DNA of 64,000 nucleotides from Bispira polyomma. Taxonomy: Eukaryota. Within the stretch, counting starts at the first letter, position 1. Every line of letters starts with the position of its first letter. This document shows, piece by piece, positions 36,123 to 50,672 of the stretch. The stretch covers positions 104,842,001 through 104,906,000 of the forward strand of contig OZ287748.1 in assembly GCA_965649765.1 (NCBI GenBank), written 5' to 3'. The translations under genes and the position numbers were made by a program. The notes beneath the pieces are model-generated. The model was not told the origin of the DNA, did no database searches, and saw nothing but the letters and a program-made list of their open reading frames with translations.

Positions 36123-39100
36123 TTAAAAGGTATCCAGATTTTGTCTAATTTTTTCTTTATCCTCTATCTCTTCATGGAGGTATACTTGCTCATTGTAATT
36201 TTGATTTAATTTGACTTTTAGGCCAGTAATATTTGGGATACATTTATTTACTGCACATTTGAAAATATATAATTTTGTAAGGGCAATCAAAGTGTTAACT
36301 GGAATGAATGAGTTATCTTTATTTAAATAGCCTAATATGACATCTAATGGAGAGAATTTTATAGTTTTACCTATTCTCAAAAATATCCAATTCGCCAAGG
36401 ATTTCCATAAATCCGCAACATAATTGCATGATATAAACAAATGCATATACGTTTCATGTCCTGTCTGACAAATTCTACAATTATCACATGTATCAATAGA
36501 CATCCTTGAACCCAGTATTCTATGTATTAATTTATACTAAAACCAGACCAAGGAATTGTCTTGTACAATATTAAACATGAGATAGAAAACTCTCCTCCAT
36601 GTCACACTATCAATATGTACTTCTAGATCTCTATTCCATTTTAATTTATATTTACATTCCACCTGTTCCACATTTATTTTGTTATAAATAAATTTACAGC
36701 CCTGGTTACATTTTAATATAAGGGACATGTGATGAGGGATATAAGGTCTTGAGAAAGAGTAGTTTTCATTTATTAGATGTCTTCCATCATTGATGAATCT
36801 TTGCATAACAGATCTGATTTGAAAATATTTCAAGAAGTTTTTTATCCAAAAACCATAGTTTTTTCTATTTCTTCTCTTTTTAATAGTTGTAAATTCGGTT
36901 GGACAATATCTCCAATCACAGATATTCCTCTTTCATACCATTCTTTTTTTAAAGCGAATAAAATTGCCTAGTTTTGTGTTATACCAAAAGGGAGTGACAT
37001 AGATATCTGACAATGTTTTCACTTGAATAGAGTGGTAGACTGCTATCCATGCCTCAAAAATATCTCTCCAGAGCTGGTTTAGTATCTTGTTATTAGCTTT
37101 GACGCCCCAGTAAGGACCAAAATCATACAATGCACGTATAGGGCCATAAGATTGTTCAAATAATTTGGCCCAAGGGTTTGTCGGTGACATTATTAATCTC
37201 CTTATCCAAGTACATTTTAACGATTGGATGAACTTGTCTAAATTTGGCATTTTTAAACCACTGTGTACCTTGCTTTGGACTAAAATTGCTCGTTTAATCT
37301 TTTCTGGTTTCCCATCCCACAATAATTTATACAGTTTTTTGTTCACGTCTTCACAAAATTTGTTTTTTTGGTAGTGGACTGGACACAAATAAGTGATTAA
37401 ATTGCGCCAATATCAGAGACTTAATAACTGTGATTTTCCCCAACAGTGTTAGGTCTCTTTTTTCCAACAAGATATTGTTTCCTCGAATTTCGTAAGAGCT
37501 TTAGAGTAATTTATGATTGGTATATTTTGCAAATTTACATCAAAATCAATTCCCAATAGTGAAAACATAGCTGTACCCCATTTCAAGGTACTTGCACATT
37601 CAATTTTTTCCTTTGAAAACCTTTTTTTTTCCAATCCACACCATTTTAGTTTTAGCCATATTCATTTTCAACCATGATAAAGATCCATACACTTCTAAAA
37701 TATTTAGAATTTGGTGTAGGGAGCTCTCTGAACCATCCATAAAGATTGTAGTGTCATCAGGAAATTGTGAAATTTTAAACTCTACTGAACCAATTTTTAT
37801 ACCCTTTACATTTTTATTGTTTTGAATCATTTGGCACAGATATGGGGCAATAGGGTCTCCTTGTTTACACCCTCTCTCAATTGGGAAGAAATCTGAAAGG
37901 ACTCCTACTTGTAACACCGTAGCTGTTATTCCAGTATTAAAAAGAGTTATCCATTTTATAAAATCCTCACTAAAATGATATGCCGTAGGACATTATATAT
38001 AAATTTCCATGACACAGAATCAAAGGCCTTTTCAAAGTCAATTAACATTAGCAGCCCATTAATATTTTTCTTCTCAGTGAAATTCATAATATCATATACC
38101 AACCTTGTACTCTCTCCTATGAATACACATTTTATATAATACACTTGTTAAGGAAATCGGCCGCCAATTTTTTAAACTATCTCTTGCCTTGTTACCCTTT
38201 GGCAAACAACATATTACTGTCTGCCTGAGAATATGTGGTAGCAGTCCTTGAGCATGGCTTTCATTTAAGGCTCGGAGAATAAAATCTTTAGATCTTTCCA
38301 AAACACCTTGAAAAATTCTATAGGGAACCCATCTATCCCCGGGGTTTTATTGTTTTTAATAGTTTTAACTACATTGCTTAATTCTTTTTGGGTTTGTACG
38401 ACTTTTCCATTTGATAGCGTAATCTTTTTGATGGTTTTACCAACATATTTGGCTTTTTTCAAGATTGCAAAAGAATTTAGTCAGTTTTTCATTCAGTTGG
38501 ATATTTTGCACTCTTGACCTTATCATGTAACTCCTTGACTTAGTTTCTCGTAGTTCTTTTAGTTTTTCTTTTTTTGTGATTACTAATTCACCATTATCCT
38601 CATTATTTTGAGTCTCTAGCTGTTCAATTTCTTTAATTAAGATATTTTCCTGTTGTGCATTGTAGTTTTTTAGTTTACTTGCAAATTTGATGGTGTTGCC
38701 TCTTATGTTTAATAAAAGCATTTCCAGAAAAACATTATTAGTCAGTGTAAATTGTATATCTGAATCTTCAACATTGTCAATATATTCGGGTCTATAAACT
38801 GGTAAGGCATATTTTCTTTTCAATTCGTTAATCCATTTATTCACATTCTCAACATAGTCTATGTTTTAAGAAGACTACAGTTAAACAACAAATTCCTTTC
38901 CCTTTTATGAATTTGTCAATTAACAATTCAAGCTCAATTCGTGAGTGATCACTTCTATACCCCGGTAATATTTTACAAGAATGGACAATGTCTATCAAAT
39001 TGCTATTACTTATCACATAGTTGAGTCTCACTTGCTTAACCGGATTTCTTTGACGCCATGTGTATCGCCTCAAATTAGGATTTAATATGTCACAAGGATA

Positions 39101-39630
39101 TGTCACAAGGATTTAGTACTTGAATAGAATTTATCAGTGCAGCCCTAGATTTAGGATTGTTTAAGTTAACATAATTTTGCGAATCCATCTTTGGGTCAAG
39201 CACTAGATTGAAATCACCACATAGTAGGGTATACACCTCTTCCGACTGTTCAATATATTCTCCAACTTTTGTGAAGAAGCAAGGAGTATCTACATTTGGA
39301 GCATATATATTTATTAATCTTATTGATATCTCCCCTAGTTGAAGGTCTATCAAAAGCAAATTCCCACTCGATCCTGATCGGAGTATTTAAGTTTGTATTC
39401 AAAATTCTTTTTTAAAAATATCGCCACTCCTCTCGAGTTTGTTTTATTTCCATTTACCAAAATTTCATATTTTGGAAAAAGTTGTATTAGGCTACTAGAA
39501 TCTGAATTTATCAGATGAGTATCTTGAAGGCACAAGATATTTGCGTCTCTAAGTAAGTATGTTAGCACATCTATTCTAATCCCTTGAACATTTGCTGATG
39601 ACACCTTGACAGAGTTATGTAAGTACCATT
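36123..39630 (-). mobile_element. L1/Tx1-clade LINE ORF2, decayed
   Basis: APE (SANVQG, CLQDTH, NIYAPN, GDFN, RSDH), RT (KTPGIDG, NWRPISL, IDFEKAFD, GCKQGDP, QFPDD) and C-terminal zinc finger CRIC...ET..HLFISC. Many frameshifts and deletions. Confidence 0.93.
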
Positions 39631-39742
39631 ATGGCATCCCAGACAGGGAGCTCTCATAAAACACCAAATGTAAACACCATTACATTACATATAAATAACA
39701 TTACACCATACACTAAGTAACCATACAAGTATTTGAAACATC

Positions 39743-39947
39743 TTAGTATTGTCACTCATCTTGGACTTTTTAAATGTTTTACAAAAGAAAAAAAAATGAG
39801 AAAAAAACAATAAACATAACATAATACACATCATTAAGTATTGTCACTTAGTATTGTCACTCATCTTGGACTTTTTAAATGTTTAACAACAGGAAAAAAA
39901 AAATTAGAAAAAAACAATAAACATAACATAATACACATCATTAAGTG
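39743..39947. repeat. Tandem duplication, ~105-bp unit x2
   Basis: TTAGTATTGTCACTCATCTTGGACTTTTTAAATG...ACACATCATTAAGT occurs twice. Confidence 0.9.
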
Positions 39948-41759
39948 TTAATTATGTAGCTTACAGATTGCTACATTTTTGTATACAATTATACACTAGC
40001 AATACAAATAGTATAATTGAAACATTAGTTTGTTGTCTAAGACATTTTACCTATAAAATCATACTTAAGTAGAAACAACCTATTATCAAAAAAGTCTTGA
40101 TCTATCTTTCCACTAGAAAGTTTGTATTGTCAGTACCAGTTAATTATCAATAATTCTTAAAAAAGTATACCCCTTAAAAAGTATACCCCTTATTTTTAAG
40201 AGTCATTATTAGCTTAATATATTGAATTTATGAACCAATTCTATTTGTTTTATTGATTTAATGAGTTTTATACTTAACATAGACGATGCTTAACATTTTT
40301 TACACAACCTTACGAGTGGCATTTTGTTCATATTGCAATAATAATTTGATGTAAATGTAAAATCACCTAACAAGATGTTATAATTAAAACATATTGTAAT
40401 TTATTTATTATTACTCACAAAAGCCACTACCTTGCTTTATAAGCTTACCACAAAATTTAACATATCATTACTAGAAAAGATAAAATTTTGATAAAATTTA
40501 AGAAATGTTTTATACAATTGCATGTCAATAGGAGAATCATTAACGATTCAGTGTAATAAATTACTATGACATAACTGACTTAGTATCAATAATCACTTTA
40601 CACAACACCTCCATCTATTATCGAATATATGTGTATTAGGATTACTTAACTCTTACAAAACACATCCATATAATGGCATACAAAATATTTAAATTGCTTA
40701 CATTTTGTGTCAAATTGAACTAATATAATTTACTGCGTAAGTGAAAACATTGGTACATTGAGATATAATGACTCCGGTTTCATATGTATCAATAAAGATG
40801 TCCAGATGTTTTTTCATGTTTTGATACTTTAATGCTCCTATTACAAAGATAGATGCTGCTAATATCATAGTTTTTGTGAGCAATAATTACCTTAGTAACA
40901 TTGATTGTACTATAGTATGTCTTAAGTATGTCAAAACAACTACAACTTAAGAACTTATCACCAATTTGATAAAAAGAAAGAAGGTGCAAAGTGAATATAT
41001 TTAATAGATATTGACTGCAAATTATATCTTTAATTTGGGGTCAAGGTAACAAGGCTTATCACAGAATGACATTAACCTAGGCCCGATGGCCAGGGAACAG
41101 CATCCTGTATTTCATACTACACATGAAAAAAACTCTGTTATGTAATATGATTATTATTTTTTCTACTGTTGCAATAGGTACTATTTGAAAGTGTAAAAAA
41201 GCCTAGGCATACAACTGTACAATACCATGATGATGATATGTTTATGCAGAAGTGACAGATAAAGAAAGAGTTTGTGAGGCCCATGAATTATGTGATTTCT
41301 ACTCTGACCCAATTACCAGCCATTTACCTCTTTTTAGTGACTAAATGGCTTTCGTTATACGAGCAAGATTGATATTTTGATAACTAATATTCAATCTGCG
41401 TTTTAAAGCATTTTTAATTTTTATTAGTAATTCTAAGTAATGTTAATGAACTGGCCCATTTAAGTTTTAAATCTTTACAAATATTGTTGAAGATTTCATC
41501 GCAAACACATTGCTATAGTCTTATCATATTTTAATTTCAGACCTGAACATGTCCAACTTGTAACATAAAAGTGTTATCTGCATGTTACCCTAACTTGTTT
41601 GGCCTTCACGGTAAGGGGTTCTATAGCTAGAATATAAATATAGGGACTATTTTTTGTTCTACTTTATCTTCAAATTTTTATTTGTTTAGTTTTTCCTGAA
41701 CTATTAAGCTTCAAAATTTCGAATGGCATTTGATAATCTATGGAAAATATATTAGTAAA

Positions 41760-43237
41760 GTCACTAATTCTATATTGATCAACATTGACAGAAATATCCT
41801 GAAGAATTATAGACATGTATCCAATTTGAGCTATGTCTCCAAACTCATTGAGAAAGCAGTAGCAATTAAAGGACTTCAGGGCCCACGAAGGCACCTCAAA
41901 CCCACATCAATCAGCAAACAGACACTATCATTCAACTGAGATCGCCCTGTTGAAAATGATCTTTTTCTTTTGACAATGGCAGAGCAGTAGCATTCACACT
42001 GTTGGACCTATCTGCTGCCTTTGATACCATCGACCATTCTATCCTTTTCAATTGTGTGACTGATTTGTTTGGCATGGGTGGCACCATCCTTAGTTAGATC
42101 CGGGTGAATTTTGCAGTTTAGCCCTATTTTCATCGTAGAAAGCAAAAATCATAGGTGATAAATTCTCAGGGGCTTTTCACTCCCCAAGGTGTCCCACAAG
42201 GCTCTGTATTGGTCTTTCTTCTCTACACCATGTATACCACTCCTCTCAATAAAATAATCTCTCAGTTTAACATCACTCACCACCTATGCTGATGACACAC
42301 AAATATATTTAGCACTAGATGCAACAAACTTTGACTCAAGCATATCACAGTTGGCAAAATGCCTTGAGGCTGTGCAAATATGGATGGAAAGTGTCAAGCT
42401 TCAAATTCAACCAACATAAAACTGACCATATTACTATAGGTGATAATGCTACTCGAGAGAGTGTCAAAGCATTCTTCCCAATCAGTCTCCTAAACAAAAA
42501 TATGTCACCATCAAGTAAAGAACCTTGGTGTTATCTTCAACCAAGACAACTCATACAGTAGTCATGTAACCAGTGTTTGCCGGACCTGATACTACGATCT
42601 GAAGAGAATATGCAGGTATCTCAGTCATGAAACTGCGGTCCAGGTGGCAAACACAATGGTGAGCAGGCAGTAAAACTAGTACAATTCCTTGCTGTACAGT
42701 ATTAATAATGTTAATATGACAAACCTCCAAAGAGTCTAAAATGCCCTCTGCCGTATTGTGTACAAGCTTGACAAATTCAGCCATATTTCATCATACCTAA
42801 ACAAACTCCACTGGCTTCCTGTCGAACAGCACATCATTTTTAAATACCACCTCCTTCCGTTCAAAGCTATTAAACTCAACCATCCTCCTTATTTGTCCTC
42901 ACGCATCAAATCTAGTAGCCTTACCGAGTAAAATTGTCTCTGCTTGCTCAATCCAAAAAAAACATTAAAATTGGCAGGTGCTCCTTTTTGCCGTTGTGGC
43001 TCCTGTTTAATGAAAAAAGCTCACACTGTCAGATTACAGGATAAAATCACTGGCTTCAAAAGCCATCTGAGAACTAACTTTTTCAAACTCACCAAGCCCC
43101 CTCTTTAGTCACTCTTCCCTTGGTTGATGCTTTATGGTAATGATCTTTTGATTGGCCCTGGACTCTTTTTTTTTGGATATCAGCGCCTTAGGCGATGTTA
43201 TCGTCAATTTCGCAGTTTCAATTATTATTATTATTAA
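41760..43237 (+). mobile_element. CR1/L2-type LINE, 5'-truncated RT fragment with 3' UTR and (ATT)n tail
   Basis: LKNYRHVSNLSYVSKLIEK, LLDLSAAFDTIDH, GVPQGSV, YADDTQ and LHWLPV, with an ATT tail at ~43221-43236. Confidence 0.88.
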
Positions 43238-43329
43238 GCATTTCTTGCTTGGCAATGCAGATATAGTTTTTATTATAAATAAGTGATGTATTAAATTTCT
43301 AGAACCCCTTGCTACAATGTACCTCACAC

Positions 43330-43790
43330 AAATCTAATTCAAAAGCTAGAGCAGAATTATTTTTAAGCTTGCATAAATATTAGGAGTTTAGTCTAACTAT
43401 TTGCCTTGGAATATCCCCACTAATACAATCTCTTAATATTCTCATTATTTATTCTCCATATATCTTTTAGATGCAGAGTTACTTGCATTTCTTGGACCTT
43501 CACTATTCCTTTGGTATTTTTTTTCTTAGATGTCTAAATCAAAATTCTGAACGAAATTCCAGTCACTACAAATTATCAAGGGGGGGATTTTCTTTATCTT
43601 GCAGCTTTTCTTTAATATTTTGATAAAAAACTAGGGTCATCTTTATTTGGTTGATATATATCGGATCACTAATACAAAAGGAGTTATTAAAAACACATAG
43701 CTTGATTATTAGTAAGTTACAAATATTGTCCTTTTCAATTTCTAAAATATTAAATTCAAACTTTCCATTCATTTCAATCTCAATTTTGAA
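43330..43790 (-). mobile_element. L1/Tx1-type endonuclease fragment
   Basis: FEFNILEIEKD...NLLII...DDP.FY...DWNFV...DIWRI parallels the APE at 39090-39400. Confidence 0.55.
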
Positions 43791-43924
43791 ACCTTAAAGT
43801 CCAAATAAAAATTGACATTTCTATTTCAAATTTGAAACCTTAAAGTTTTACTGGTAAATTATTTGCTTAAACTTATTTCATCCGAAGTTTAGTCTTAACT
43901 TTAACTCAAACCAAATTCAGAGTG

Positions 43925-45170
43925 ATCTAATCTAATTTTATCTAGTCGTACTTTTATAGCACTGAATCTTTGTGCAAAAAATTGTAAGGTGTGACAAACC
44001 AAAAAATTATTTAAATATCAAAACTGGTGGACAGATGGAAGTCGTAACTAGGAAGATAACCGGAATGGTTGCGATGACTAAGGTGAAAAGGCCTGTTTAA
44101 AAAGGTAGGCCTTCAGCTTACCCCTGAAAGAGGAGAACGTTTGAGCCAGGTATACATGATTAGGCAGGCTGTTCCATATGAAGGGGGCCATCATGAGCTA
44201 GGCAATGATTAAAATGTACTTTAGATTTGTGGATCCGAGGGTCGAAAGTGGAAATAATAAGATATAATGTATCAGGGTTACTGCGCCTAGTCCTCACTGA
44301 GCATGTATATTAGGATAGATAGGTGCTGAAATAAGTGGATGATTCAGAATTTAGAAATTTGTAAAAAAAAGTTGCATTTTTATTGGGAGCCAGTGCAGTG
44401 ACTTGAGTAATGTGAGAAAATTTAAAAGTTTTGGCCACACTGTGAGCCAGTGAGTGTTGAACGTTCTGAAGTCATCTGAGATCACTACAAGATAGGGAAT
44501 GGAACAGAGAGTTGCAGTAATCAAGCCTACTGCTGAATAAGGTATTGGCAACAGTGATTGCAGTAGATTTGGTGAGATAATGTCGAATCTGCTTAAAATT
44601 ACAGAAGCCAACAAAACATGATTCATTTGATCCGTAAGGCCACCGTGCGTTCCACCAACTTGATAAGTTTGGTGATTGAGGGCCACGGATCTAACAAGCA
44701 AGATTTTACAGGTGATGTCAGTATAATTTTTCTGACTTCATCAACAGTTACTTTGGAGAAACAGTTAAAGATGGTTGGTGGAGCTGATGGTAAAGGAGAA
44801 TTTAGGGTAGCTGATATAAAAACATCACACATTCTGGTAATTTTATCAGTGAAAAAAGTACTAAAAATGTTTGCCAGTGATTTACAAAATTTTTGGTATA
44901 GTAGGCACATTTGAAATCATTGATGATGTTGTTGCAGCGGGTGATGCATTGGCGTAGTCATGATCTGTTTGCGGTAGTTTTGGTTCGGCGCCAAGTTCGT
45001 TCAGCTTGTCTACGCAACATTGTCAATTCATGGTATCTACCAGTGATCCACTCAGGTGCAGACTTTTTAACGTCTTAGATTTACATGGAGCATGATGTTC
45101 TAGAGGAGATTGTAGATCAGCACAGTACTGTGTGTATAGGTCAACCGCATTATCGACAGGAGACTTGACA
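43925..45170 (-). mobile_element. CR1/L2-type LINE with RT core deleted, intact 3' UTR and (ATTAG)n tail
   Basis: Linker KSCLLDPWP jumps to C-terminal LKSLHWLPI...WNSLP...KLKAYLF. The tail TCTAATCTAA is at 43926-43935. Confidence 0.85.
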
Positions 45171-46019
45171 TATTGATTTTATAAACAAAAGCCGAAACGT
45201 GGGTATAATAGACTAGATTCCTTGAATTCTTAAATTTTAGATGAGGAGCCTCAACTTTAATTTATCTCTGTAAGTTCAGGCTTAAACTCTTTCGTTTGGA
45301 AATTTCACTCAATGTAAGTGAAATTTAGACTGAAGCTAAGGTGCCCTCCTCTTCTTTTAATGTGATAACTGTATCTGGCGGCGGTCATGAACAGTTTTTG
45401 TACCAGTTTTTACAGAAACTGAGTGATTTCTACAGAGCCAACACCGGATCTTTGAAGGGTTTGTACTGCACACTCTGTGACAGAGGACCACCATTTTAAG
45501 TGGTCATCTAAGCCACCAGGAAAACTTGTGCTCACATATTGATCACTTCATCTATTTAGAAAAGAAACACACCACACAAAATTGATTGTCTGATTGGTCT
45601 CAATATTTTATTAATTTTAAAAGACTTTAATTTCTGCTGGAGCATTGGTCTGCAGAATTTGGCGCGATAGAGCCTATTTGCCACAATATTTCACTTTTTG
45701 AACCTGATATTATTGTTCGACTCATCAATGCTGTTTGCCACCACTCAGAATAATGGGCAGAATCTACTGTGGAACAGTACAGCATCAGTTAAGTAGATTG
45801 ATCCAATCTGCTCGACCTTTAGTTCTTTTACTTAGTTGCAACTAGCCAAGTTGTATGCTTTTTTTACAAATAAATCAGTGGATATGTGCTTCATGGTCAC
45901 TCCTTTAAGCAGGTTTAAGCATTTTACCTAGCTTATGTTTAGCTACGAGTTATAAAACACTTTTCCGTTGGGAGTTGGTTTGATTACCTGACTCACTTAG
46001 AGGTCTACTCTTTACCAAA

Positions 46020-46500
46020 ATCTTTTTCGAGCGATAATGGGTCATATTTTTTTACTACTTTTTGGACCTAGTCTATGTGCATTTGAGACTGTACTCTTTG
46101 AGATATGTTCTTCAGTCTGCAAACTTTGTAACAACAAGAGTTTAATTATTTTAATGCAGCTCTCTGTATCGTTTCTTGAATTACATAAACCAGGATAGAT
46201 CAGCCTAGAATTTTCAGTCAAGAGAGCTGTTTTCATAACTAAAAGAGATCCTGTTTCACCGACTCCTTTTCTCATGTCCGTAGTGTCCTCCTTCTGTTGG
46301 TCAATGACTTCTGTAAGATTTGTAATATCTGCCTCTTACTTGTTGACACTGGTTTTTTTTTCACTCAGATCTCTAGATATACTTTCTAGCTTTTTATTAA
46401 TATCTTCAATGGACTGTACTGCGACACTCATTTTTTTCAAGGCAGCATTTATATTTCAGTTTTTGCCATTGCATTTTGTACAATACACTGTAGTTGTTCT
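46020..46500 (-). mobile_element. LINE ORF1-like fragment (coiled coil + RRM-like)
   Basis: Heptad-rich stretch followed by NAHRLGPK...RPIIAR, typical of L1-type ORF1 domains. Confidence 0.5.
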
Positions 46501-47479
46501 TCTGCTGGTTCCACATCTTTAACAATTGTATCTTCAACAGGGACAGAATCTTTTTGCTTTGTTAGAACAATGTATCCATTTTAGTGTTTAGAGTTATTTT
46601 AGTCTTACTTTCCTTGTTTTGGTCTACTGTATGCTTGATTGAGTTACCTTTGTTTTCTTGTTTTGTTTATATTCTTCCAATGATTAAAATATATATGCAC
46701 TCCACGCTAGCACCAGTTATGATAATATTGAACTAATATAAACTTTGGCAGAATGAGGTAAATTTGAACTTTAAATTCACAGAATCAAACATTCCTCTGT
46801 ATTCATATTATAGATACATAAAACCAGTCTGCCTCTTTAAGTTACCATGCCAAAAAATCACCGCCAAAACTAAAATATCCTTGTGGTCAACATTGTCAAA
46901 TATATACTTATATAACTTTGTGTTGCTCAGTAATAACACTGTAGGTCATGTTACATAGCCTATCAAAATTATTCTCCTTTTTCTACAGACGTTATTTTTT
47001 GCAAGTCTTTTGTTTACTTTATCTGGAGTAATTCATAACTCCCAGAAGAACAATATACCAACAATTGATCTTTAAAATATTCAAGAAATCTTAATATAAA
47101 TAGTTTTAAATTGACCTATCTATAATTATAATTGTATTAAAATGTCTTGTTAAGCTTAAAGAATTTTAGTATTGCTTGATGCCAAAAAGTTTTAACTAAA
47201 ATAATTCCACTAAGTGATCTTTAAGAAAAAAGATGTATACCAGCAGAAATGCATTATTTACTACTGTAGCGCATGTTTGTGAATTGTGGTATGGTGAGGT
47301 GAATTTATTAGGTTTAATACTCTGTTATTAAACAAATGGATAAAATGAAAAAAATGTTATTGGTATACATTTAGCAAACAAACAATGAAGTTTAATAGTC
47401 TGTTAATGGTTGAGTTTTAACAAATAATAAAAAAAACATAAATCATAGTTATGAAGCTAAAATAAAAGAATGTGCATTT

Positions 47480-48260
47480 ACTTGCTTGTCCTTAAATGTA
47501 TGAGGATTAGACGATAAATCACAGAGAATAAGATTATCTCAATGGGTGAAATCAATAGATATTGACACAATATTGTTTCCAGAAACAAATAGTTCCAAAG
47601 GAACTGAAACTGAATTGAAAAATATTTGATTATGACAAAGTAAGTATAATTTTTCTATGGCACAAATCATCCAAAGGGTTGTTTGACATTAAACAAACTA
47701 GATTTTCAGCTTTTTAAACAAGTGTTTTACATGGAGGGTAAACATAATTTTACAGATATAAATTAATGGGAAATATTGTACAGGAAACAACTCTTTATAA
47801 TATGTTCTAGAGGAAAAATAAAAATATTTTAGAGATTTAAAACTAACACTATTGTCAAAAAAAGGATTACATGAGAACATTAATATAGCATTAGGTGGTG
47901 ACTGGAACACAATCTTAAGTATGATAGACAAAGTACACAATCTTTTACATCAAACTCATCAGTAACATGTATAAACAATACATTGTGACACATGGAGAAA
48001 CCATAAAAATAGATTATACACTTTTTGGAGGATGAAACAGTTATATCAAAGCAGAGTGGATTATTGGGTAATGTCATATATACTACAAAATGTTTTTGGG
48101 TTGAGGGACATAATTCCTAGTATATATTCTGATCACTCAACCATCGTGTTTGGGTTTCATACACTATATGACATATGAGGTAGGGGAACAGGTATTATAA
48201 GTTCAATGTTTCCTTATTAAAAGAGCTAGCACATGTGAACACATTAATATTAAAATTTAA
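47480..48260 (+). mobile_element. L1/Tx1-type endonuclease fragment
   Basis: LGGDWNTIL, YSDH and GRG.GYYKFNVSLL motifs in broken frames. Confidence 0.6.
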
Positions 48261-48359
48261 CTGTATCGTTAACAAAATACAGAACAAAAAAGAAGAAAAT
48301 ATTAGAACAAAATAAGAAAACAGTAATGAACATATTAATAGTAATCGTCTGACACAGTA

Positions 48360-50672
48360 ATATGGCAGTCGTACAGCCCAAGTTCTTGCCACGTTAATAC
48401 CAGTTTACTCCCGATCATTAGAGCTTGGCTGGTCGGAAGAGAATCGAGCAAATGTTCATTTGCATTTGCATATATTTGCATCCCCCATTTTTGCCCCGTT
48501 TATGCCCGGGATATGCCCAGTTTTGACCAGATTTGACCAGTTTATGGTGTTTTTATGCCAAGACCAGATCTAATGGCTTGGTCACACCTACACGTGCTAA
48601 TGTCCCACAACATAGCAAAGAAATATAAACAGAAAATGTAATAGCTTCGTGTCAAAGTAACATCATTTTCATAAAAGTGGAGTCCATTGTGACGTTTTGT
48701 GATGCTTCGTGACGATATTGGTACTTGTCCACATGGAGCGGGGGCAAAAATCAAACACTTTACTGGTAGGATATCACTACCAACTACTATGTATATCTAC
48801 TTACTGCAACTTATTGCTGCGTTCTGCTGAGTCCTGCTATTTAATGAAACATTTCACGACAAATACAGACGAGTGAAGATGATATCACTACTTACTGCTA
48901 CGTTATACTATGTTATGCTACATTATGCTACTTATACAGATGAGTGAAGACGTCCTCGAGAAACGAGAGCTCTGCCACAATTATTTCAAACAGAACCGTG
49001 GCAGTGGACTAAACGGAGACATTTACAGAACCATATCATCCATTAAGCAACGTTGCAGAAAGAACGCACCAGGGATCCTCACTTTGGCATTACCTTCTAC
49101 TACGTTTATACTAGGTTTCAAATAGTTCAAAATGTCACACACAAGTAGCTCCAGCAGATTTAAAAGCCTGGTTACACCTACACGTGCTGGAGCTACGTGT
49201 GTTGGACGTTAGAGTGTGTAGGTCTGACCAGGTCATAAGCAGTTTATCACATGTTTATGTAACATTTGCTCCAGATTAGACAAAATTACTCCTAAACACT
49301 GTTTATGCCCTGTTTATCCCTCGATCAGACCCATTTACTCCAGTTCTTTGAAGATGTGCTTTTAGCGCCAACCACCCATGAAAGTTTTGAGCATGTTAAA
49401 AATTTCCGGCTCTGTCTCCTGTTCTTGCCGATTTCCTGCCCAAACTGCCCCAAGAACGTGGACAGTGTGATCTATATTACCCTATATTACCTTTATTTTT
49501 ATTAATTTAAAAGAATTATGGGTGCATACAGGTTTAATATATTACAACTTGTTCAGTATAGAAATAGTGATTGTGTTGTTATTGATATTAACAATGATAA
49601 TAGGAAATATGAGCTGTGGGATATTGATTCTTGTGAAACCTTCAATACCCTGGAAAGGGAAATGTCTGCTAGTAATCTGGAATACCTAGATTTAATGTGG
49701 ATATGGAACAAAATGAGAATGAAGCAGATGCAAATGTGAATATAGAAGAAAATATAATGATTTAAGTACCTGCAGATTTTAATGTTCCAAATTTTAATTG
49801 GGGTTTGGAGATGCTAAAACTTGTTGCCTATGGCGTCAGGAGGGGAAGAAGGAGTGGCACACTTGGGTGACCAACTTGGTTATGGTGGACCTCCCCACTG
49901 CAAAGGAGTAATGTAGGAAAGTGTAGGTCTCCCCAGTGGCCAAATGTGTCATTGTTATGACGATCTTCAGTCCAGGGGACAGTGGCTTCCTACACCAGGG
50001 GGCCTGCTTATCGATCCTATGCCCCACCCTCCTCTCCATCTCTTTGAATGCATCTAGGGACATCCTTAGGAAGTTACGGTATGACTCCCCATCTTGTAGT
50101 TCCAGGCAGCGGAGAACTGCAGAGTAATGCCGATATTATTCATGTTGCCTGAGCCATGGCTTCACCCAATATCAACGTCTGGCCCTTCATTGTTTGACCA
50201 CTTTTCCTTGACTTGTATTCTCTGTGTCTGTCTCTCTTCCTAACATGTCTATTCTTCTTTGCAGATGTAGAAAACCCATCACTTGTAGTCGCATCAAAGC
50301 CATTAAAACTTGAAGTACCCTCATAATCTCTATTTCTATCTGTAGAACCATCTTGACAATTAAATCTGTCCGGATTGGAGATATATATATATAGGGTTCA
50401 TAGGTGACAATCTTGGACATTTCAAAGTTTCCACCAATGTTAATTACCAGGATTTGTCGGTATCATGAACCACGCTGAGTGTATCGGACGGCCTGCCTAT
50501 ATTATCTTAACGATCATAAGCAGTACTACCAACTTATCATCCCAGATCGGGGAAGCTCGGGCAGCCATTTGTTCATCGGGAGGTCAAATAGGGCAGATTG
50601 TTAAGATCTATCGGGAGCCCCCCAACTTATCGTTTCACTCGAGAGTCTTCATAATTATAATCGTGTGACACA
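48360..50672. mobile_element. Cluster of Harbinger remnants (termini plus transposase)
   Basis: Two same-orientation TIR-like starts GC(T/C)TGGT(C/T)ACACCTACACGTGC at ~48576 and ~49166, each just after a TAA. Subterminal repeats, and a different terminus-like CGTGTGACACAG at ~50662. Confidence 0.6.
49836..50351 (-). pseudogene. Harbinger transposase N-terminal fragment
   Basis: WVKPWL...YRNFLRMS..AF...KPLSPGLKIVITMTHLATGETY..LHYSFAVGRSTITK..VC. Confidence 0.88.

Noticed and set aside
41178-41612. Possible + strand exons (acceptors near 41178 and 41540, donor GTAAGG near 41611)
   Set aside because: The frames I translated contain stops and show no recognisable homology. They could be pseudo-exons but are unsupported.
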